DNA of 63,919 nt, counting the filler, from Reclinomonas americana ATCC 50394 (lineage: Eukaryota): the NCBI GenBank assembly GCA_048213135.1. It is 8 parts of 7 records of this genome, joined end to end, with 100 filler letters (N's around TTAATTAATTAA, not from the genome) between each part and the next. Parts side by side here need not be neighbours in the genome. Positions count along the whole stretch, not along the records: positions 30,407 to 45,700 come from PS015771.1; positions 45,801 to 47,660 come from PS015772.1; positions 47,761 to 54,766 come from PS015774.1; 5 more parts are not named here. One strand, 5' to 3'. Below, in pieces: positions 35,660 through 48,187 of this stretch (within the stretch, counting starts at the first letter, position 1; every line of letters starts with the position of its first letter). Made by a program: the position numbers and the translations under genes. The notes beneath the pieces were generated by a model. The model saw nothing but the letters and a program-made list of their open reading frames with translations. It searched no databases and was not told the origin of the DNA.

Positions 35660-37273
35660 TCATCTGCCGTAACCGTAGCCGCCGGCGCCCGGAGGATAGC
35701 CCGGTGGCTAGAGAGGCAAGTCAGCACAGTCCAGGGCGCAAGAGAGATAGAGGCAAATAGGGGAGAGCACTCACCATCACTTGTGAGCCGTGACCGCCCG
35801 GTGGTGCCACCTGTGTCACACATCGTCGTTGGTCATCATCATGTACACTCGGGATAAGTTGGCAAGCAATGACGCACTGGGGGGTAATACGGCTGTGGTG
35901 GTTGCACTTGCGACATTGGTGGCTGCGCTTGCTGTGGCGGTTGCACCAGCGGCAGCATGGCCGCGCCATGCCCGTAAGCGTGCATGCCGGCGCCGGGAGG
36001 AGCGACACCAGCACCCAGCGGAGCAAAGCCCGGTGCCGGCGGCGGCGGGGACATTGCGAAACCAGGCCGCCCCGGAACTGGCATGCCTGGCACCGCGGCA
36101 CTAAAGCCACCCGCGCCGTGCGACACCTGCAGTGGAGACGAGAAAGCGGGCGGAGCCACAGAAGAAGCGCCGCCACCAACTCGTGGCGCATACCCCGAGT
36201 AGCCGTGCGGCTCAGGTGGGGAAACGCTGCCGGCCGCCCTCGCTTGACTTGCGTCTACCATCTCCCAGCTTTCGTCGGCGCCGCCATCAGCCTCGGCAGC
36301 GTCTCCCCGCGGAACGCGCTCCAGCAGCTCGTCCAGCGAGAACGTCTGGTCATTGCCATCCGCTCCGAGAGGAAACAGTTCATCAAACTGCAGCCAGAGT
36401 GTGAGCAGTCGCCGATCGGCGATACTTTTGTGACGCACGCAACTTGCTGCGCAAACACGGTGGTTGTCGGCATGTCAAAGCTGACAAAGCGCACTTGGGT
36501 GATCTGCGTGGTCTCGCGGTGTCGTGCATAGTACTCCACGACGCTGTCCAGCAGCGCCTCGGCCGACACGATCTTGGGCACGCCAAAGATGCCACTGCTA
36601 ATGGCCATGAACGAGACCGTCTTCAGCTTCTCCTCGTCGCACAGCCGGAGCACCGAGTGCGCACACTGCCGCAGCAGTCGTCGGCACTCTGCAGGCGTGT
36701 GATCCGACCAGCGCGGTCCGACCACGTGCACAACGCGTCTGCACGGCAAGCGACCACCAGTAGTCGACATGGCCTGTTCGTTCGAGCATGAGTTGGGGAG
36801 GAAACGGGAGGCAGGAGGCAGAAGGAGAGGAAGGAGGAAAGTACCGTGCCGACGGCCAGGCGACCCGTCCGCTGTCTTCTCAGCCATGTCGAGCACTCCG
36901 TGTCGATATCCCTGCCTCCCTTGTCGACAATCATGCGGGCAACGCCTGTGTGTGAGAGCGAGTGAGCGAGTGAGTGAGTGAATGAGAGAGGCATTGATGT
37001 TCACACACCGCCGCCGTGATTGAGATCCTCATTTGCCGCATTGACAATGGCGTCGACATCCTCCGAGGTGATGTCACCGTCACGGATCTTTGTGTGCGCG
37101 TGTGTGTGAGAGAGAGAGAAAGGGAGAGGGAGAGTCTGACGACAGCCGTATCTCATGCAACACACCTGCAAGTAGCGATTGTGTGAGGTGCGCAGCTGGC
37201 GCACGATGAGGCTCTCGCTGCCGTCGTCCGCCGAGTTGGACACCATCTCCTGTGAGGAGCTGACGTTGCCCAT
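35660..37273 (-). CDS. Macrodomain (MacroD/PARP14-like) protein with N-terminal MG myristoylation-like motif and Pro/Gly/Tyr-rich tail
   Basis: GDITSEDVDAIVNAANEDLNHGGGVA, TTGGRLPCRRVVHVVGP, AISSGIFGVP. Begins MGNVSS and ends PPGYPPGAGGYGYGR*. Confidence 0.9.
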
Positions 37274-37461
37274 GCCGCTTTGCTCTCCCTGTTTGTTGCC
37301 TTTTTGTTAATGTCCCGCGCTCGATTCCCGGCAACCCGGCAACGACAACGAATGTTTTAGCATTTTTTCTTTTTGTTTACTTGCCACTCTGCTGCAACTC
37401 CTCCACACGCACGTGCTATGCCATTCGTAACCCCTTAGTATGTGTGTGTGTGCGTGCCCTT

Positions 37462-38098
37462 CTACATGTCTCCGGGCATGCCACGGCGCTGCGGCTGCTC
37501 CTTCGGATTGATCTTGATAAAGTCGTCAATGCGCAAAATTGACGTTGCTGCCTCGGCGGCCAGGCCCAGCGCCTTGATCTTGCTCATGGCCGGCTCCAAC
37601 ACTCCCCTCTCCAAGTTGTTCACCACTGTGCCCGCAAACACGTCCAGACCGAATCGCTGGTACCCCTTCTTGTCGGGGTTGCTCTGCGCCAGATGGTGGT
37701 ACGCGCGCAGCGCGGCCACCAATTCAGTGGCGTCGAGTGCGGCATTCACGGCCAGCGTCTTCGGGATGACCAACAGCGCCTCGGCGAACTCTGCAATGGC
37801 CAGTTGCTCACGCGAACCCTGCCCCCGACGACAAAGTAACATGAGTGCATGTCGTAGATAAAGAGAAAACCAAAAAAACTCGAAAGCACACACACACACC
37901 AGGCCACGGGCAAAGTTCTCCAGGTAGATCGACAGCGCGGCTTCCACACAGCCACCACCCGGCACCACTTTCCGGCTCTCGAGTGTGCGGCGCACAGCGC
38001 ACAACGCGTCGTGTACTGATCGGTGCATCTCGTCAAGCATGAACGAGTTGGCGCCGCGCAACACAATCGACTGTGCGCGCTCCGACTTGGGACCCTGT
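37462..38098 (-). CDS. CCT1: T-complex protein 1 subunit alpha, 3' part
   Basis: SIVLRGANSFMLDEMHRSVHDALCAVRRTLES..VVPGGGCVEAAL, SREQLAIAEFAEALLVIPKTLAVNAA.DATELVA.LRAYH, GVLEPAMSKIK...ILRIDD. Confidence 0.93.
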
Positions 38099-38974
38099 NN
38101 NNNNNNNNNNNNNNNNNNNNNNNNNNNNNNNNNNNNNNNNNNNNNNNNNNNNNNNNNNNNNNNNNNNNNNNNNNNNNNNNNNNNNNNNNNNNNNNNNNNN
38201 NNNNNNNNNNNNNNNNNNNNNNNNNNNNNNNNNNNNNNNNNNNNNNNNNNNNNNNNNNNNNNNNNNNNNNNNNNNNNNNNNNNNNNNNNNNNNNNNNNNN
38301 NNNNNNNNNNNNNNNNNNNNNNNNNNNNNNNNNNNNNNNNNNNNNNNNNNNNNNNNNNNNNNNNNNNNNNNNNNNNNNNNNNNNNNNNNNNNNNNNNNNN
38401 NNNNNNNNNNNNNNNNNNNNNNNNNNNNNNNNNNNNNNNNNNNNNNNNNNNNNNNNNNNNNNNNNNNNNNNNNNNNNNNNNNNNNNNNNNNNNNNNNNNN
38501 NNNNNNNNNNNNNNNNNNNNNNNNNNNNNNNNNNNNNNNNNNNNNNNNNNNNNNNNNNNNNNNNNNNNNNNNNNNNNNNNNNNNNNNNNNNNNNNNNNNN
38601 NNNNNNNNNNNNNNNNNNNNNNNNNNNNNNNNNNNNNNNNNNNNNNNNNNNNNNNNNNNNNNNNNNNNNNNNNNNNNNNNNNNNNNNNNNNNNNNNNNNN
38701 NNNNNNNNNNNNNNNNNNNNNNNNNNNNNNNNNNNNNNNNNNNNNNNNNNNNNNNNNNNNNNNNNNNNNNNNNNNNNNNNNNNNNNNNNNNNNNNNNNNN
38801 NNNNNNNNNNNNNNNNNNNNNNNNNNNNNNNNNNNNNNNNNNNNNNNNNNNNNNNNNNNNNNNNNNNNNNNNNNNNNNNNNNNNNNNNNNNNNNNNNNNN
38901 NNNNNNNNNNNNNNNNNNNNNNNNNNNNNNNNNNNNNNNNNNNNNNNNNNNNNNNNNNNNNNNNNNNNNNNNNN

Positions 38975-41900
38975 GGCATTGCTCCATCGCACACACAGTA
39001 CATATGACCCCGCCGCCACACTGCTCGCATTCACCGCAAGCACCATGCTCGTCGGCAGCGTTGATGACGACACACTGATCACGGCAGTCGTTGCTGCCGC
39101 CGCACAACTCGTCGAAATCACAAACGCCGCCGTGTCGCCGCTCACATTCACCAACGAGCTTCCCGTCAACGCAATCGTCTGACTCGGCGTTGTCACCGTG
39201 AACACGGCTCGAGGTACCTGAGTTGACCACGTGGCTGTGCGTGCACATAAAACAATGTCAGTCACTCACTCGCCCCACCAGGCTCCTTCCCAAAATACTC
39301 ACCAACATTCAGAGTCGCCGGAGTCGCACTCACTGTTGTATACGCACTCGTCGCCAGCCACCGCACACACACCGTGTACGCCCCGGCTGCAGTCGCGCTG
39401 GCGTCAATCGTCAGCGTGATCAGAGTGTCCACCGTCCGCATGCTCGTCATCGTCACCACACTCGACGGCGTGCCAGTGCACGTTCCCGACGACAGCACAA
39501 ACGCCAGCGGATCGGTGCTCACGTCTGGCATCGCAGTGCCGCTGATCTGAATCGTTCGCCCAGACAGCGCGGCCATCGCAGGTGGATTGGCACCACTAGC
39601 CGACGCCACCACCAGCTGCGTGGCGGCCACAAGCGAATAGTTGCCAGCGCCGCCAAACTGGATGCACACTGCACAGTACCCGGCACTCACGGTCGCCGCC
39701 GTCGCACCCTGGGCCGTCACGACCAACACATTCGCTCCAGCCGTGCTCACCAGAGACTGGTTCACCATCACTGGGAAGCTGCCGCCACTCGCCGTGCACG
39801 TCATCGATCCCACCTCCAGTCGCACATTGTCCGACATGCTCAGCGCACGACCAGAGACCGAGAACACCGCACCCGCACCACTGATGTTGATCACACTTGG
39901 CGCGTATCCAGTTGCCGAAGAAACTGCAAGAAGGCGAACATATCATCAGACAGCTGACCCGCCGAGAGCTCTCTCGTTCACATATGCGTACTCACCAACA
40001 GTGAGTGTGCCACCGACTTTTACAAACGTGCTTGTCCCGTTGAACTTGCCGCACACCGAGTACGATCTGCGCATGCACACTTGTCAGAACAAGTTTCACC
40101 GCTACCAAAGAATCATGGGGCAGCAAAGACACACCCGCTGCTCATGATTGTGTTGGCGGCAGCTGTGCTCGCCACCACAGTCCGCGCCCCGGCAACGCCG
40201 CCGATACTCGCCGCAGTCACCAACGGAATCGTTCCACCAGTACCCGGACACACCGCTCCCGATTGCAGACTGAACACGTCGGTCGTCGCCAATGCCAGTC
40301 CAGTGATCGTCACCTGCGCACCAGCAAACTGCGCGAGAATCGACGACGGCGAGAACGACGTGCCGCTTCCCACTGCATTGCAAATAAACACGCACATAAA
40401 CACATACGCGTGAGAGGGGAAGGAGGTACGCGCGCGCAGAGCCACCGCCGCACTCACCCACACTCAGTTGAGTCGCGCCAACAGTCGTGAATGTTGCAGT
40501 GCCAGTGAACTGGATGCACACCGCATACAACCCCACCGTAGTCAACGTCGACACAGCTGCCGGCTGCACCGCTAGCGTGCGAGATCCCGCTGCGCCAGCG
40601 TACGTCGGCGACGACAACCCAATGCCGCCGCCACCCGACGCACACGTCGTCACGCCGAGTTGCAGCTGCACAGCATCGGTGGCCAGCAACCCAGGTCCGG
40701 TCACTGTCACTTGCTGTGATGTTGACTCGGCAAGAATCGTCGCAGGTGTGAAGCCAGTCGTCGATGGCACTGTGTGAAGAATGCGCAATCAGATTCACGT
40801 AATGTTTGCGTGCCGACACACAGCTCACACCCAAAAAAAAACACACCAGCAGCCAGCTGCGTGACGCCGACACGGACAAACGATCCTCCACCACCATACT
40901 GGATGCTGCGTTTGAAGGAAAAGGGAGAGAAAGATCAGCATGAAAGCGCTTCGTACTCCAACAGGCACAATACACCCACCACACAGCATACACATCCGTC
41001 GGTGCAGTTGTCACAGCCGGAACCGATGCAGTCAATGTCCACGCTCCTGCGGATCCCGTCCGCGTCGGCGAAGACGACACCAGGTTGCCGCCACCAGAGC
41101 ACACTGTTCCCGATTGGATCTGAATCTTGTCGCTGGTGCGCAACCCCAGACCCGATATCGTGATCACTTGTCCAATGGTTTCCGCCAGAATCGACGCCGG
41201 CAGGAACGATGTCGCATTTGCCACTGCACCGCACTCACAAGTCAATCGATTGTCTCCACAGCATTCTCTCACACACTCACGCACTCACCTCCTGTGAGTT
41301 GTGACGCAGATACTTGTACCCACGTGCCCGTGTTGGAGACGTACTCCACACACACAGCAAACGTGTCGGGACTCGCTGACGGCAACGCGAGACCCGTGCC
41401 GCCCACAGTTGCCACAATTTCCGTCAGAATCACCGAGTTGAGTGTCGCCGCAATCGTCTGGCCCGATCCAATACAATTGCTACCCGGCATGAACATCACT
41501 TGATTGATCGACAGCGTCGAGAGGCCGGCGCCAGTGATCGTCACTTTCTCCGTCGGCACCTCGGCCATGATTGACGACGGACTGAAGGTCGACACCGTTG
41601 CTGCACCGCCCCGAAACACACTGTCAGCTCAGACACTCATGCGTGGCGAAAACAAGGGATCGACAAAAATGAACGAAACGGACGAGCAGCTGGGTCGAGC
41701 CGACCTTGAAGTACGAGCCAGTCGCTGAGAAACGCACACACACACTGTACGCCCCACCCACCGTCACACCGCTGCCGCCAACGTTCTGTTTGTAGACCGT
41801 TGACGTGCCACTCGTGCCACCAGACAGAGTCACGGAACCCATCGCAGTACCAGTCGGCGTGCACGTTGTGTTCGGCTCGAGCAGGATGGATGTTGCGCCG

Positions 41901-44900
41901 ATGAGGAACTGGCCGGTGATCGTCAGCTGTTGCGAACTGCTCGACGGTCTAATTGTGGCAGGTGAGAATGCCGTGGCAGCTCCTGCAAGGACAAGTGTTG
42001 GGAATGACACAACAATACACGGCGACAGAAGGAGGTTCGAACCAATCTGGATGCCGATGGCATCAATGTACGACTGTGCCGCGCTCCAGCGCACACACAC
42101 TCGCTGTGCGCCGACTGCACTCGCACCCGACGCATCGACTGTCATGGTGATACTCGTGCTGCTCACGGTTGTGATTGCTGTCACAGGGGCCACAGCAGAC
42201 ACAGTTGAGCAATTGGCCGAGATCACCACGCCAGCCGCATCGAGCGTCGGGAATGCAATGCCAGTCAGAGCCAGAGATCGACCAGTCAATGGCTCCAGCG
42301 TGGCTGGCGTTGTCGATGTCACTTGGGCTGTGCGGTGGTATCAAGCGTGAGGTAACACTCACTCAAAGCTCAGTGAACGGGGCAGACATAGCGCACCAAC
42401 ATCAATGGATATCAAGGATGCATAGTTGCTGGCGGCAATGGTCCGGCCACACAAATAGTAGGTGCCACCAGAGCTTGTTCCACCATTCACAGTCAAAGTG
42501 GCCGTTGTGTTGCTGGTGTATGTCGCCATGCTCACGCTACTGCCAGTTACTGCAGTGGTGCACGCAGACGTAGTGCCGAGTCGCAGTGTGTTCGGCACAC
42601 CAGTTAGGTCAATCAACCCCGCCCCGGTCGCAACAACACTTGTCGCAATCAGTTGTGCGACCGTGAGTTGCGATATCGATGACACAGTGCCTGCGCCACA
42701 CCGAAATTAAGTGAGCAATAACATCCACTACGTAGATCGCAGATACGCACGCAAACACGCACCGATGCTGAACGGAGACAGAATCTGATTGTACGCCGCC
42801 CACGAGTCGTTGCTCAGACGCATGCAAACTCGGTACACGCCTCCCGGCGATGTCGACGATGCCACCGTCATCGTGATTGATGCCGCCGAATTAAATGTAC
42901 TTGTTGTCGATGATCCTGTCACCGCTGTCGGTGATGCTGCACTGCAATTGGCGCTGGCGGTGATTACAAACGCCGACGAGTCCGACGACACACTAATTAG
43001 GCCAGTGCCGCTCAGAAATGTCGAGTACGAGGCCGAGGCGAATACACCAGTCGGATTCGAAGAAGTCACCACAGCTGCGAGGCAGGTTGAGAAAAACACT
43101 TTCTCAAAGTGCTTCATCCAACTCACTCACCGACAGCAAATGGAGGCACGGCCAGTGCAAAGTACGGTCCGGTGCTCGACCACCGCAAGCAGATAAGGTA
43201 CGCAGTGCCGGTTGGCGTCTGCAACGTGTCGCTTCAGATAAGTACACGCGCGGGCGTCTCTCACGTCGCAGCAACAGCAACAAACCGCCGCCGTCGTGGT
43301 GATAAACAACCGAATCGTCGATGACGAGCTGAACGTCGTCGTCACCGTTGCGCCAGTCGCCGCGGTGGGTGTCGACGTACAGCTCGTCGTGATCACCACC
43401 GCACTCGCATCGCTCGCGATGTTTACCATACCGGCACCAGTGAGTCGCACTTCCTGCGATGCCGCTCCACGATACACCGCCTGTGGAGACACGCCCGTCG
43501 CTTGGCCTGCAGGTGCACAGGTCAGACGGGCCAGATGCACCGTGCGACACACAAAGCAACCGGTCACTCACCAATCGAGAACACGCCGCCCGCAGAGTCA
43601 GCAGTTCCGTATGACATGGTGCTCGACCTGTTCATCCACAAATGTCAGCGATTTGATGACCGCTGCCTGTCACTCCAGCGCCCCAAGCACGCACCATCGC
43701 ACACACAGCTGGTACACGCCACCGCTGGCCGTCGACGCATTCACAGTCAGCGTAATCGTGTTGCCCACGGGCGCCGCCGACGTGATGGACGTGCCCGACA
43801 CCGCGGTGCCAGACGCGCATGACGCCGAGACGATGAATGCGGCTGCGTCGCCCGTGAGACTGCGCAAGTTGGTGCCCGTCACCACCACCGACTGCGACGC
43901 GAGTGGGGCGACAATCGCCGGCGAAAAGCCGGTGAACACGGGAATCACTGAGCGCAAGGAAGGAGGAAGGATGAGCGCCTGGGAAACAATTACACGCGCG
44001 GCGTAAGAGAGTGCGCTTACCGGCAACCAGCAGCGTCGGCAGTTTCATCGTGAGAGTCTGCGAGTGGCAAAGGCGAAATAAATGAAGTGTCCCCAACAAT
44101 CTTGCGGGTCGCGACAAACCGTGAATGTTGTCAGCTTGATGTAATCGACTTCAGTGTTGTCGGCCACCACCACGTCCAGCTTGTTCTTGGCATTCATCTG
44201 AGTGAGGACGTTGCCGGAGAGAGTGATCGTAAACGTGGCGGAATTCGGAAACGGGTAATCGCCGCCACTAGTCTGCCAATTCTTCGAAGTCAATGAGTTG
44301 AAGGACGGGTTTTGAAATGCGAGTTGGTTGCCGTTCGTGTCGTCAGTGACGAGGATGTAGATCTTGTCGTCGTTGGATGATGCGCCACTTCTGGTCGGCC
44401 GCGCCTTGATCTCGATCGTTGCAACATCCACTCCCGGGGTGTCGGCAATGCCAACAAAGGATATTGCCAGTCGACTGAATACAACTTGTGTGAGACTGGC
44501 GAATCAAGTGCACACTGCGGCACAATCAAACACACCTGGTGCTCGTGCGGTCGTCGTATCCAATGTCAACCTTCGTATCGAGCATATCCGGTGGATTATT
44601 TGCTGCGGAGAGCCAAGATACCAGCCCATTGCTGGCGGTGCGCTGTGGATCTGAGGTGCCGCCATTATTAAAATTATTAGCCGTGCCGTCCACGTAGGAA
44701 GTTACACGGTAGCCCTGCAGGTTGCCCGATCAGTAGCAGCGCTTGCAAGTGACAGAACGCGATCACACACACCATGTCCACACACAGTGCGTATGTTCCG
44801 TCCGCCAGGAGCGCATCTGGCGTGTTCAACACCAACGGGCTGGTCGTCGCGCCACTTGCCACCGTGAGCGCATACGAGGTGCCACCCGGGTTGACTGGAC

Positions 44901-45082
44901 ATGTTCCCGACGAGTCCAACCGTCCCGCCACAGTGCTGGACGCGGTCGGCGTGCCCGTGTACGGCACCGAGATGCTCACCGTGCTGTCGAACGCATTGAC
45001 AGTCGCCGGCGAGAATGAGGTGGGATAGAATGGGAGTGTGGCGTCCGGTAGGTTGACCGAGATGTTGTCGGTGTGGAAGTGG
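38975..45082 (-). CDS. Large extracellular protein of ~14 tandem ~105-aa Ig/IPT-like repeats, each with a Cys pair (partial at both ends)
   Basis: Each repeat reads (F/V)SP..I.A....(V/L)TITG..L...(F/V)..S..C....T/S-rich...G.Y.(V/L)C(V/I).(F/W)....Y..V....L.VG. Repeats are Thr/Ser/Ala/Gly/Val-rich and mostly separated by phase-1 GT-AG introns. Confidence 0.8.
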
Positions 45083-45463
45083 CTGTGGAGGGGAGGGAGA
45101 GAGGGAGAGAGAATGGGTGAGAGGGATGATACAGAAAACAAGAAAGGGTTCAGAACAGCGTACAGAAAGCGTGAGAGTGTGCGTGTTGAGTGAGAAAGAA
45201 ACGAGAATGTGTGCGCATTTGCGTGTTTGTGCCTGCGTGTGTGTGAGACGGTGAGAGTGAAAGATAGAGAGCGCGCGTGGGAGAGAGAGGGAGGGAGATG
45301 ATACAGAAAGCAAGAAAGTGATGAGACATACAGAGTGCACAGGCGTGTGTTGTTGACGGAACGTGTGAGCGAGTGTGTGTATGCAGGTGTGCGTGCGTGT
45401 GTACGTGTGAGAAAGAAAACAAGAAAGTGTGCGCATTTGCGTGTGAGAGAGACAGTGAGAGTA

Positions 45464-45619
<156 letters not shown>

Positions 45620-45800
45620 GACGAGACGAGACGACGACGACGACGTACGACGACGAGACGACGACGTACGACGACGTACGTACGTACGACGACGTACGAC
45701 NNNNNNNNNNNNNNNNNNNNNNNNNNNNNNNNNNNNNNNNNNNNTTAATTAATTAANNNNNNNNNNNNNNNNNNNNNNNNNNNNNNNNNNNNNNNNNNNN

Positions 45801-47660
45801 GGGGGCGAGGGACATCAGCATCATCAACGCTTGTTGTTGCGTTCTCCTTCCACCCTACCATTAACAAAGAGGCATTCCAGCGGGCACTTGTCCACCAGAG
45901 TCGCCACGTGCACCATTCCTGCGTGGATGCGAGGTGAGAAGGGTGGCAGACACGAGTGGGGCACCGCTTCATGCACACCGTCATCGCCGAGCGGATTTCC
46001 TGTCTCGCCATGTGCAGTGAGGAAACTGTCACAAGTATTTTCGCAAGCTTACACGTACAAGACGCAACGACTCAGATTCAAGTCCGACAGCACCGTCTTG
46101 TTATTCGTCGATAATGACCGTGCCAGTGCTGCGATTCCAGCCGCTCCAATTGAATTACCTGCCCCTCTTGCCAGTGAGCGACATCGCCCTCACGAAGCAC
46201 ACGTCTCTGTGGAGACAGACACGCACACAGACCTTGCATTCCCAGTCGAGTTAATGACCAATTGTCACTGAGACCGGCGGCGATTGCCGCCGCACCCTCA
46301 TCGCCCAGCTCACATCCTGCGCACCACACACATTTCAGGCCACCGTCACGCCACGTCATGCAACACCCTTCACGCCAACCATTGATCTCCACATGCTTCA
46401 GCGTGTTGCTTGTCATCAGAGCCCTGCCGAGATGCGCAGCTCCAGCAGCACCAATGGCGACCGCTGCACCAGGGATCAGTTTAGCGCCCTCACACAAGCA
46501 GGACGATCTGCAGCGGCAGAGACGGACCTGTGAGATTCACATAGTTGACGGACCGCGACCTGGCAATGGCGTTGGCCAGTGGTCTGAGACCCGCCTCCGT
46601 GAACCGATTGCCTGGAGAGCGGTGAACGAGTAAGAGCTTCATGTGATTGCCCAAAGAATTCACGTGCACAGGATACCATCCAAGTACAGCTGCACCACCG
46701 GTAATGAGTGAGTGCGGAACAAGGTCTCCATGGTGGCGTCGTCCATTGAGCAGGCTGGCGATACCGATGTGAGATGAGGGCGATTGGCATGAGAATGAAG
46801 AGAAGGCAATCGATAATCGCAACTCGTTAACCGCAGCGTACGCAGAGTCCTTCCGTCACTCGCAATCGCCTCCAGCGCCGACCCAAATGTAGTGGCCGCT
46901 TGCACGCTGTGCACACGCCAGTGGATTCATGAGTACTGGGTCGCAGGTAGAGGCACCGAGAAGACATACGTACCCAAACACAGCGCCGGTCACGTCAATG
47001 ACCTGCAGCGTGCGATTGGCGCGCACCGCGTCGCCGAGGTAGCTGAGTCCAAAGTCCTGGATCTTGTTGACTGGCCGACAAACAACATGAGAGGCACGAC
47101 ACGGTGCACAACCAACAACAACGACAGGCCACACACGCAACATGCAAGCAGCAGCTGTCGCAGCGAGGTCGTGCGCGTGAGGCTATCGGCTAGTTCACCC
47201 ATCGCCTCATTGTCGAGCGAGTTGCGCGTGAGATCCAACACCTGCAGCGACGCCGACACCTTGATCAACGACGCAATGTGCTTTGCCGTGTCCCTGTTCA
47301 ACTCGTTGCCTGCAGCACACAGAGAGTCAGACCACACACTCTCCAAGAGACCGCAATGGCCTCGAGCGTACCCGGCAACGCCAGATGCGTGATGTTGACC
47401 GACTCCAACGCCGAGCACAGCGCCCACGTCGACACATCGTCCAGCGTATGCTGCGTGTCTGCATGCGATCCGAGTAAGACACCCCAATTCGATCGCCTCT
47501 TTCTCTCTCACACAACTTGCAATCTTGAGTCGCCGCAGAAACGACGCCCGACGCAGCGCCAAGCACAAGTCGTCAAAGCCGCCCAACAGCCGCCAGTCGT
47601 GGAAGAAGAACACCCATTGATCGTGACTCGTCGACTGCAATGCAAAATCAGTGAGACTCT
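45801..47660 (-). CDS. RNI-like (NLRC3/RanGAP-type) leucine-rich repeat protein, internal fragment
   Basis: Repeated ~28-aa units: LQVLDLTRNSLDNEAMGELADSL, NKIQDFGLSYLGDAVRANRTLQVIDV, GNRFTEAGLRPLANAI, GCELGDEGAAAIAAGLSDNWSLTRL, GNSIGAAGIAALARSL, RNPLGDDG. Confidence 0.85.
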
Positions 47661-47784
47661 NNNNNNNNNNNNNNNNNNNNNNNNNNNNNNNNNNNNNNNN
47701 NNNNTTAATTAATTAANNNNNNNNNNNNNNNNNNNNNNNNNNNNNNNNNNNNNNNNNNNNTCGTCGGACGGTACGAGTCTACCA

Positions 47785-47832
<48 letters not shown>

Positions 47833-47849
47833 TCTCTGCATCTTCTCAG

Positions 47850-48139
47850 CATCCTTGTCCGTGCAGCTCGATGTGACGCCCACGGCGCAGTCGCTGGCCG
47901 CACTGCTCGTGCGCCTCCGTCTCAATTCGTCGCACGCGCACGAGGTCGACGTGTCGGCTCAGCTGCAGCGCATGCGACTGGTGGCTGGCACAGAAGGCGA
48001 CGGGTCTCCGTCCGGGGCGAGGTCCGGCAGCGCGTCACGACGCCGCCGGCGATCCATGTCACTCCCAGCGTCGCCGTCACTGCGCACGACTGCACCCGAT
48101 GCTGCTGCTACTGTCGCACAACGGCGAGCGTGGAGATGA
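47850..48139 (+). CDS. Probable last exon of an unidentified gene
   Basis: Open frame after a (CT)n tract and a TCAG acceptor, ending in TGA and convergent with AMSH. No domain recognised. Confidence 0.35.
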
Positions 48140-48187
48140 GGACGAGAATGAAGCGCGTGTATCGTTTCGTTTCTCGGTAATTTTTCA

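Noticed and set aside
37462..39265. Apparent fusion of the Ig-like repeat protein to CCT1
   Set aside because: The ORFs are joined only through ~880 N, too short to hold the missing two-thirds of CCT1 plus the other gene's end. The gap is mis-sized or mis-scaffolded.
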